Source: Lama glama (taxonomy: Eukaryota). Taken from it: 64,000 nt of DNA. Position numbers and translations under genes: made by a program. The stretch is taken from NCBI GenBank assembly GCA_028534125.1, contig CM052818.1, forward strand, positions 27,592,001 to 27,656,000, read 5' to 3'. A model generated the notes under the pieces. That model saw only the letters and a list, made by a program, of their open reading frames with translations. It was not told where the DNA came from and made no database searches. Below are positions 55,002 to 64,000 of the stretch, piece after piece; positions within the stretch are counted from its first letter, which is position 1; each line of letters starts with the position of its first letter.

Positions 55002-55166
55002 GCCACCTGCATGAGACCCACTTTAGATCTAGAGACACATCAGGCTGAAAGTAAGGGGATGGAAAAAGTTATTCTAGGCAAATCGAAATTAAAAAAAAAA
55101 AAGCCAGAGTAGCAATACTTATATCAGACAAAACAGACTTTAAAATAAAGACCGTTACAAGAGATA

Positions 55167-55730
55167 AAAATGGAATCAAAACAGGACTTGGGGCTCCCAA
55201 CCAGCAGAATCAATTTGGACTCTGGATTTAGCAACCCTTAAAAGATCTATGTATTTCTCTTTGTCCAGTACATGGTTACCAGAGTAAATGACCATAAACC
55301 CCTTTGGGGAAGGATTAAGGTGAATCACTAGACTATTCAACTTCTGTGTTTACACAGGGTTCTTCATCATAGGAAGTTAATCTCAATTTTGTCAGTGAAT
55401 TCTGGATCTGAGATTTGGTTTAGGTCTGGAAAGGGAACAAAGAATTGTGACTTCTTCACTGAGGTGGCTGACCCCAGTCTTCTGCTCATTCTTCCTTGAT
55501 CTCTTCTGACTAAATACTAAGCAGCATTTTCTTTGCCTGCCTGTGTACCTCGTTCTATAAATACCAAGTTCTATCAGCCATCTCAATAGACCTCTGTGAT
55601 TCAGGACACCTGGCTGCCGTTTCAACTTTTCTATTATGATAATTAAGCCCACCTTACTTCTTGCAGTTAAGTGCTGCCACCTGGCCACTGCTAGTCTGCA
55701 ATTTTTGTCTTTCCCAGTGCTGTTCAACAG
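55167..55730 (-). pseudogene. Decayed ERV-L gag C-terminus and protease N-terminus (same provirus as 50260-52066)
   Basis: LLRWLIELGI in ORF 55392-55748 resembles ERV-L Gag LWHWLIxHGV; LPQRGLWSFTLVTMYWTKRN..GLLNPESKLILL resembles ERV-L LPQRDLRPFTRVTVHWGKG..GLLDTGSELTLI. Confidence 0.85.
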
Positions 55731-56182
55731 AGCAGGTTTCATGGGCATTCAACCAGTGCAGCCATATAGGGCTTTGCACTTAGGAGGGTCCTCACACTTC
55801 GGGTTTCATGCTCTGTTGTCACCATCCTGAATTTGTCTTTGATAAGTGAAGTTTGTTGGGACAATGGAGCATACACTAGGGACTTGGAACCTTGGATCAT
55901 ATGTGGTTCCAGCTTGCATTATCTCCCTCACCCTAGGACAGGTTCTCCACCAATCACTCCTCTCACTTCCTCCTCCTGCCATCTTCCCTGCCCAGCAGGG
56001 GCCTGAGTGCAGGAGTGAGAGACTAGGGTGACGCACATGCACCACACATATATAAGGGTCTACTGTCACCCTGCAGGTACATATCTTGCGCCCAAGGAAT
56101 CATACTTTAAATAGCAAATAAAAACAAACAAAAAATGACAGATCAAGAAAGAGATCAAAGAGGAAAGGAAAAGCCTTTTTCC
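55729..56182 (+). mobile_element. MER45-family hAT-Tip100 element
   Basis: Starts 'cagagcaggtttcatgggcattcaaccagtgcag'; 'taagtgaagtttgttgggacaatggagcat'; 'aaatagcaaataaaaa...atgacagatcaag'. Confidence 0.7.
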
Positions 56183-56184
56183 AG

Positions 56185-57090
56185 ATTTTTTCCAGATTCA
56201 TTGAGACATAATTGACATATAACACTGTGTGACTTTTAAGGTGTACAATGTGATGATTTGATACACTTACCTTTTGAAAAATGATTATCACAATAAGTTT
56301 TGTTAATGCATTCACCACCTCATACAATTACAATTTTTTTCTGTGGTGGTGGTCATGAGAACATTTAAGATTTTCTCTCTTAGCAACTTTCAAGTATACA
56401 CGATGGTATTAAGTATATCACCATACTGTACGTTAGATCTCCAAAACTTATTCTTAAAACTGATATTTGTATCCTTTGACCAACATCTCTTCACTTCCCC
56501 CAGCCCTGCCCTAGCCCCCGGCAATCAGTTTACTCTCTGATTCTCTGAGTTCAGCTTTCTTAAGATTCCACATATGTGATATTGTATTTTTCTTTCTCTG
56601 TCTGACTTATTTCATTTAGCATAATGACCTCAAGTTTCATCCATGCTGCTGTAAATGGCAAAGTTTCCTTTTGTTTTTATAGCTGAATTATGTACAGATA
56701 ACATCTTCTTTATGCTTTCAACTGTTGATGGATACTTAAAGTGATTCCATGTCTTGGCTATCCTGAATGATGCTGCAATGAACATGGGGGTGCAGGCATC
56801 TCTTCAAGATAGTGATTCCATTCCCTCTGAATATATACTCAAAGTAGGGTTGCTGAATCATACAGTGGTTCTATTTTCCCTTCTTTCAGGAACCTCTATA
56901 CTCTTTTTCCATTGTGCCTGCACAAATGTACATTCCCACCTACATTGCACAGGGTTCCCTTTTCTCCATGACCTCCCCAAACCCTAATCTTTTTGACAAC
57001 AGGTATTCTAACAGGTGTGAGGTGATACCTCATTGTGGTTCTGACTTGCATTTCTCTGATGATTAGAGACGCTGAGCACCTTTTCATGTA
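56185..57090 (-). mobile_element. L1 3' fragment (ORF2 C-terminus plus 3' UTR), older mammalian subfamily
   Basis: ORF 56896-57111 [28 protein letters not shown]; 'ttaaggtgtacaatgtgatgatttgatac...tctctcttagcaactttcaagtatac'. Confidence 0.9.
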
Positions 57091-57379
57091 CCCGGGGGAA
57101 CTCTCAAGCATCTACATGCATAACAAATATCGGGGTACATTCTTTCCTTGTCAGGCCCTGACTTTGGCTTGGGGTTAAAAGGTTAAGAATATCATTGACT
57201 GCAATCAAATATCCACTTATTATCAAACTTCCTGGCACAGGATTATCCAACAGAAACTTCTATCTGCGTAGCTATGTATGCAAAGCTAATTTCATTTTCT
57301 ACTCAAATTTCACAGCTTCTGGGTGGATAACATCCCTACCCTTGTCATAACCCAAACTCAAAACTTAAGCATCTCTTTT

Positions 57380-58320
57380 GACTGCTCAAGAAGTAAACTC
57401 TGTCTCACAATTTTACACTTCCATGACTGCCATTCTTAATTCCTCACTTTTGATTTTGCAATTCCTCATTGTCACTCTCACTTTAATCACCCCATCACTC
57501 TAAGCTATGTTCCCTGTTATGGATTTTAACCTCCTAACTCCTCTTCCTACCTCTAGACAACCTTTCTATCCATCTTGTATATGGCTATCAGATTAGCTTC
57601 CCTGCAGCCTACCGTGTCATATGATGAGGCTTTGCAAACACTGTCAATCATAAAAAGTAAAGTACAGCCCCTTTGGATAGCCCTCCATGGCTTGACTTTG
57701 TTCTAACATTACATAAACTTCCCTTTTATTATTTAGAATTACCTCTCTTCAGGTGCCAGCATCCCCGTGCCCTCCCCGTCCCTTCCTGCTGCTGTCTCTC
57801 CACTTGTTCCTCCAGCTCTGTGTGGGAATCAATTCCCATCCATCCTTCCTGGCACAGGCTGGTGAACAGAGCTGTGTGGTTAAATGACCTGCCTTTAAAG
57901 CCAAACTGCATGTCACTTGCCAGCAAGTTATTTAATCTCTATGCGTCAGTTTCTTTTCCTGGAAAATATGGGGAGGGAGGTGGATTGCATATACCTCGTA
58001 GGGTAGCATTAAATGTGAGCATTAAATATGTTAATATATGCTTAAGGCCCAGTACCTGGTTTGTAATTGAAAGAGGTTAGCTATAACTAATTATTATCAT
58101 ATTATAGTAGACTCCTCTGATTCCTCCAGTGAAAATAACCTATTCCCCCTCTCAAATACTATGATGATTTATTTGTCCTTCTTTAGTGATTTTTATCACT
58201 TCTTACCATGGGATATTTATTTGTATAGACATCTTAGAATGTAAACTTCAGTTTATCATTGTATATGCCAACTCAATACGTTTCACATATTTAACATTAA
58301 ATTTAATTAATGAATTGTTG
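57380..58320 (+). mobile_element. L2 with a nested MIR (~57870-58090)
   Basis: 'acctcctaactcctcttcctacctctag'; MIR core 'caagttatttaatctctatgcgtcagtttcttttcctggaaaatatggg'; L2 end 'ttagaatgtaaacttc'. Confidence 0.65.
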
Positions 58321-59039
58321 GTTGTCAGATTGAATATAATTGTGGTGAATACAATGAGGTTTATTTTTTCACTCTTAAGAGGTTATCATCACTGTCAAAA
58401 CCTGGAGAAAGTATCAGTAAAATTACGGAGAATCTGCCTATTCTACCCCCGCCTACATACTCATTTGTGTTGATTATTATTTGATCATTATTTCTCACCA
58501 AAAATGAGTTGTTTGTAAAAATGGCAGTGACAATGATCCATTGAAATGTGGCCGACAAACTGTCTCTCTAGTTCCCACTCCCTATAAACACCACAGCAAA
58601 AAAAAGCCAAACCTTAACCAAGATTCAAAGAGGAAGGGCTTCTGTGGTTGCCTTCTCCTTATAAATTCCTGTCATGGATTATAGCTCAATAATGGTACAT
58701 CTATTCTGCCTCACATTATAGATATTTGCATGCAGGTCTTATCATGCTCACTCCTTTGCCGTTAAGATGGAAGCTCCTAAGGTTAGAGGCCACGGCTCTA
58801 TTTTTGTATCACCTACAGTGCTGCAAACAGTAGGGCCAGTACTATATACTTGAAATACAGGAAAAGAAATCTTGATTTGTGCAGAGGCTGAACAGTGTTG
58901 AAATTGACTGAGAGTGTAGAAAGGATAGCACTGTCTGGCAAGAGAGCCAAATAATATAAGAACAATGTTGGGCTGTATATGAAATATTCCAGCACTCAAT
59001 AGGCAGAGTTCTTATTCACCATAGCCTTGTGAAGGAGCT

Positions 59040-59220
59040 TTAGGGTTGAACCGAGTTAGTTTTGACTGCGTGCCTACCACTTAGTAGATGTTTAATTTTG
59101 AACACAGTATTTAAATTTTTCGAGTTTCAGAAACTCTGCATATGAGGTAACATATGCAAGTTTTACTGAACAGGACTCAATATATAGAGCATACACAGTA
59201 AGTGCTTGGTAATGGTAGTG
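59040..59220 (+). mobile_element. MIR SINE
   Basis: 'ctaccacttagtagatgtttaattttgaacacagtatttaaattttt...gagtttc...acacagtaagtgcttggtaatggtag'. Confidence 0.6.
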
Positions 59221-60317
59221 CTGTTGAATATGACTTGATATCTGCTAGAATGTGAAAAAGGGAACAAGGCAAGGCTAGCTATCCTTTCAGGAATAACCAG
59301 AAAAGATGACATCAGCTATTAACTGAACAAAAGAAGACAAGATAAATCAGTACAAGACATAATAGACATGTGCCTTTGTGAATATGGTGGGAAGTCCAGA
59401 CTTGTGTGTTGGATGTGATCAGTGTTTTTCAGCCTCCTCTACTAGGTTGTACAAAACATTTAAGATATAAAATAGAAATCAATTTTATCAAATCAATTCA
59501 CAGAATAGCGAGCCAGTAAATACCCACTTTACTCTTGCAGAGATGATTTTTTAGAGTGTTCATAGCTTATATAGAATCCCTGTGGAAGCAAGAGCCACCA
59601 AGGTAAGGTCTTCATCTATAACCACAGAGGGGGCATTGGAGGAAGAGTGAGTGCTCATTCCAATTAGTAGTATCAAAGCAGTTATTTAAAAAAAATTCCC
59701 AAGTTCCTCTAACACACTGGAAGAGCAAATAGGGCACAGGGAAGACTCACTGTTCTTAACATTCCCTTAGCCTGCCCCCTTTCTGCCCTATGTCCCTATC
59801 TATTGATTCTTGGACCTCTCTGGTGCTGGAAACTCGGGACTACATAAAAAAAAATATTGTAGCCAGGAAATCATCAACACTAAATTTTCACAGTTCGAGT
59901 GGTCTAACCACCCAGATTACCACTAACACACCTCTCTTACCTTGCCAACTTCCTTCCATGCCTACTCTCCCTCCCTACCATGCCATGACTGCCACAGCAG
60001 AGAAAGCCAGACCACAGAAGCCACATCCCTGAAGACAGCACTGTTTCCATTCACTGGTTTTCCAATGGCTTCTTGGTACTACTGCTCAAGTCCAAAAATC
60101 ATAGACATGGAGACTTTTTTTAAAAAAATGAAAGCCTATTAATAAATGTAGAAAAATAAGATTAGAAATACCACTTTAATGAAGCCAAATAAAACTGTAT
60201 TTTGTACTGTTTTCTTTATTGCTTTAGTCAGTAAGCAAAGGTTTATTCTAGAATGACAGCTTAAAATAAAAGGAGGTCTTTGATCTTATTAAATATGTCA
60301 TTAATACATTTAATTTT

Positions 60318-60739
60318 CATTTCTTCTTTGATTTCATGATTGACCCATTGGTTTTTCAGTCGCATGTTGTTTTGTCTCCATGCTGTTATTTTTTTCTCAT
60401 TTGTTTTTCTGTGGTTGATTTCTAGTCTCATGCCATTGTGGTCAGAGGAGATGCTTGAAATAATTTCTATCTTCTTAAATTTGTTGAGGCTTCTTTTGTG
60501 CCCAAGTATGTGGTCTATCCTAGAGAATGTTCCATGAGCACTTGTAAAGAAAGTATATTCTGCTTTGGGGGGATGTAATGTCCTAAAAATACCAACCAAG
60601 TCCAACTGTTCTATTGTGTCATTTAGTATCTGTTGCCTTACTGATTTTCTTTCTGGAAGACATGTTCAACGACGTCAGTGGGGTGTTAAAGTCTCCTACT
60701 ATTATTGTATTCCCATCAATTTCTTCCTTTATGTCTGTA
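60318..60739 (-). mobile_element. Isolated internal L1 ORF2 fragment (endonuclease C-terminal half)
   Basis: TDIKEEIDGNTIIVGDFNTPLTS and MDLVGIFRTLHPPKAEYTFFTSAHGTFSRIDHILGHK...SDHNGMRLEIN (GDFN and SDH motifs). Confidence 0.95.
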
Positions 60740-60949
60740 AATGGATTTACTTTAAAATCCAATGAATCCCTAACCAGTGTATAAGATATGTTTGTTTCAA
60801 AATTCAAATATTCATTGGTTAAGTCTCATTAGATAGGCAACGTAGTCTCTGCTTCATGCAATAATTACAAAATATAAGAGACCTATCCAGGTATAGCTGA
60901 GAACAGAGGTTAAATTTTGTTTGATTTTATCCTATTTTTAGCTAATATT

Positions 60950-61170
60950 TATTGGGTGCTCACTCTTTGCAGTCTCTTCACATGCCTTATCCCACTTAAT
61001 GCTGGAAACCTCTCTCAGAGGTTGGTAATAAAATTGCCTCCATTTGACTAATGAGGAAACTGAGGCACAGAGAACTTAGGTAGCTTGCCCAAGGTCATGC
61101 ACTAGTAAGAGTCAGGACCTGAATAAAGACAGTCTGACTCAGAGACCCCACCATCTACTCCCCTTAATAC
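60950..61170 (-). mobile_element. MIR SINE
   Basis: 'aatgaggaaactgaggcacagagaacttaggtagcttgcccaaggtcatgcactagtaag...cagtctgactcagagaccc'. Confidence 0.9.
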
Positions 61171-62611
61171 TCTGCTCTATTGAGTCAGAAAGACAGGGCC
61201 ATCCTCAAGTAACATGATCTTGGTTAAGTCAAAAATTTCTCCTAAATTATTTTTAAATCAAACATTATTTCTGTATATTAAAATGTTAAATGAGTTGTAT
61301 AATATTCAAAAATATTTATAAAATCCAAACTGTTTCATTTATTAATGACTGGCTAATGGCTTGTAATTAAAGCACAATCTGTTAAGCCAAACAAACAAAA
61401 AATTAGCTTACTGGTTTGGAATGTAAACAGAGAATTCATTAACTGACTGCTGGCTTTCCCTGCTGCTATATTTGATCTTTCATTAGCACATGGAGTGTAC
61501 AGCAGGAATAGAGTAGACTGGCTTTCCTGGCAAGAAGATGTATAATACCTTTCAACTTTCAACTTTATTAAACCCTCCAAATCTCTGATATCTGTCAGGT
61601 TAAGAAAATGGGCTCACTCCTTCTTAGGAGCAGAAATCTGGCCCTTTTCCCTGACCACAAAAAAATACCAGAAGATCTTGGCTGTCTGTTTTGTAGATGC
61701 CTGCTACTGATTACTAGCGTGATGAGGCAAGAGCCCGTGAGTGACACTGCCCAAGTACACTAGAACAAATGGAGAAATACTCAGAATGCACGTCATGCCT
61801 AACTGTGGGTTAGTGATAACATTTGTGCACACACACAACAGACAGATTTATTATTTGACTTTTCATTCACTGGTGACTTATGGGAAGCCACTAGATACAC
61901 GTGAAAATAAATATTTGTTCTCAGCTACGGTCCTTTCTTCTTGCTTTTGACTGCGCTCTCATCTAACATCTGTTCCTCAAACAAGGGTAGGTTTTAGAAT
62001 TATAATACAAATACTTAACAGGAATCCATTCCTCAGAGAAAAACAAAAATAAAGCCCGAGGGTTCCGATTAGCATTATTAGAATATCTGGGAATAGGACT
62101 GCATTACTGGAAAAACACTTCGAGTTTCTGCTCTTTGAATTATTAATACTGGAAAGAAGAAAACTATGTTGTCCTTCTAAATATTCATTCCAGAAGTTTG
62201 CAGAAAATTGTAAGACTCAAACTCTGGAGTCTTCACAGTGATGTTGGGTTCAAATATAGTGCTCCTTTTAGGAATGACCAGTAGTGGTGGACAAACTCTT
62301 CGGCATTAAACTCCGAGTAAGGGTCAAAAAGATTGATCTTCATTCAGAAATAGTCTCCTGTTTCTTTTTTATACTTTGGACATTACTCTTATTTCTATAA
62401 CCCTATTAAGCATAATTATTTTAGGCTATACATTTGATAATTCTAACATTTACAGTCTTCCTGGGTCTGTTTCTATTTTTTTTAAATAATGAGTATATAT
62501 TTTATGGTGCATAATTTATGGGAATTTTTGGGGGGGGACCAATTTTAAGATACTTTAAAGAGAATCTTCATTTGCTTATGAGAAGTGAATACTCATTCTT
62601 AACTAATTTCT

Positions 62612-62799
62612 TTTTTTCTTTTTATGGTAAAGTGAAAGCAAGTTTATTTAGAGAGATACACACTCCACAGACAGAGTGGGGTCTGTCTCACGCAGAAGGG
62701 AAAAGGACTTAGGAGATATACACTCCACAGGCAGAATGTGGGTCATCTCAAAAGGCGAGAGGGGGAGAAGCCAAGAGGTGTTGGAAGGTGTTTAGTTTA
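62612..62799 (-). mobile_element. Polyadenylated ERV1-LTR (U3 end/R) fragment with L1-type TSD
   Basis: Minus strand '...tggagtgtgtatctctctaAATAAActtgctttcactttaccat' then an A-tract; flanks aactaatttct (62601-62611) / aagtaatttct (62800-62810). Confidence 0.7.
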
Positions 62800-63059
62800 A
62801 AGTAATTTCTAAGCTCCATATCCCTTCCTCCCATATGAGTCGTGTTAATTCTGGCTGTAACCAGGTGAATTTAGGCTCACAAATTCAAATCCCCAGGGAA
62901 ACATTTCTACCTTTCCCTCCCCTCCATCCAGAGCCAAGATGAGATGCCAAGTGTCTTCACTGTCTCCTTCATCAGAGATTTCTTTCCTAGTTTATATCCT
63001 TTCGTGGAAGGTGTCGCATTCTGCAGGTCCTGGCTTTCTGTGAGATTGTCCTTCAAAGG

Positions 63060-63400
63060 TATAGCTTCCCCCACCAAGTCTTTGCTGATTCTAGTATCAT
63101 CATGCCTTAGCTCAGATGTAACCTGTGCAGAGAGTCCTTTTCTGACTGTCGGAAGTAGACAGACTTCCTGGTCATGTCATCCTATTTTATTGTCTTCATG
63201 CCCTGAGCAATATCTGAAACTGTCTAGTTTTCTATTTCATTATTATTTTTAAAATCATCTTTCCCAATAGACTATAAACAGCACAAGTGTTAGAACTTCC
63301 CCTTTTATTCATTGCTGCATCCCCAGGGCTTGAAGTGGTGCTCAGCCCAAAGTAGGCCCTCAAAAATTTATATTGAATAAGAAATTGATGGAATGAGCTA
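63060..63400 (+). mobile_element. L2 3' end
   Basis: 'ttagctcagatgtaacctgtgcagagagtccttttctgact...ttattcattgctgcatccccagggcttgaagtggtgctcagcccaaagtaggccctcaaaaatttatattgaat'. Confidence 0.85.
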
Positions 63401-63534
63401 ATAGGATGGGTTAACATCATGGACCACCACACCCCTTGATACACAAAAGTTAACTTCCTTCTAGTCTTCAGACTCAGGTTGATGGAAAAAAAAAAAAGGC
63501 GAGGGGACATACAGGCTAGATACAATCACAATAA

Positions 63535-64000
63535 CTGTTGTGCTTTGTCATTGTTACCTTGGTTCAACTGCCCTTTCCTCTCCCTCCACTTTGACCTGGG
63601 CACCCTGTCAAGTGGCTGGGGCTGAGAGCAGTCAGACCTCTGCTGTGTGATAAAGTAGGAGATGAGATTCAGGTGTGACTGTCTCAGGACTTGTATCCCT
63701 TAGTATTGTAGTGAGGACTTGCTGCCAGATGTCCATCCTCTAGGAGGTGATGGCAGGATATGGTGCTAAGTCTCTCTTTGGCATATGTCTTGGCTGGTGC
63801 TTAGTTCACCTGAAAGAGTCAGAGATGATGGGGACTCCAGCTACATGTGAGGTGTCCCCTGATAGGTCAGAGTATTGCCGCTTTGCCTCTTCTCCTTTTT
63901 CTGGCCTTAGATCTGGGTTTCTGTTCATCTTTTATTTTCTGATCTCAGTTCGTAACTTTGATCTATAACAATAAATCTGCAACTGTGCCTGGTTGATTTC
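63535..64000 (+). mobile_element. Possible ancient LTR, running off the window end
   Basis: GC-richer block beginning 'tgttgtg', with AATAAA at ~63970; family not identified. Confidence 0.3.

Larger units (their letters stand above)
52067..55166 (+). mobile_element. TSD-flanked L1 insertion: ~110 bp non-L1 leader, 5' UTR, ORF1, spacer and ORF2 start; 3'-truncated
   Basis: L1 start 'ccaagatggtggaatagaaaggaccctgagctcacctcc' at ~52181; GC-rich UTR; ORF1 from 53596; ORF2 from 54826 (MAVRTYITIITLN) to DKTDFKIKTVTRDK at ~55166; TSD aaaatggaatca at 52055-52066 and 55167-55178. Confidence 0.9.

Noticed and set aside
55167..60745. Possible inversion: the + strand L1 stops in ORF2 shortly before the point where the minus-strand ORF2 fragment at ~60740 begins
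   Set aside because: The ERV-L pieces on either side of the + L1 are colinear and in frame, and a TSD closes the L1 at 55167, so the two L1 pieces are independent insertions.
1..64000. CRISPR arrays, operons, or non-retroviral endogenous viral elements
   Set aside because: No regularly spaced repeat-spacer array or prokaryotic gene density is present, and I recognised no borna-, parvo- or filovirus-like translations. A tBLASTx search would be needed to exclude very decayed ones.

Overview
AT-rich placental-mammal genomic DNA, most likely camelid: it has a tRNA-Ala-derived vic-1-type SINE and cetartiodactyl-type L1s, and I saw no Bov-tA/BovB, PRE-1 or Alu. I found no recognisable host protein-coding exon, rRNA, functional tRNA or CRISPR array, so the window looks intergenic or deep-intronic. 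It is a layered transposon landscape of old MIR, L2, L1M, MER5/MER45/MER63 and MLT1/LTR33 copies, a decayed ERV-L provirus (gag-pro-RT-RNaseH, minus strand, ~50.3-55.7 kb) and younger L1s with target-site duplications (TSDs). The best signals are non-canonical retrotransposition products: (1) a TSD-flanked L1 inside the ERV-L protease with ~110 bp of apparent 5'-transduced sequence and a 3' end that stops early in ORF2; (2) a ~60-bp TSD-flanked copy of only the L1 5' terminus; (3) a polyadenylated ERV1-LTR transcript end apparently retroposed by L1; (4) a poly(A)-only insertion. There is also an unexplained ~88-nt CpG-retaining hairpin. Repeat family names come from recalled consensus sequences, not a database search, and boundaries without TSDs are approximate.
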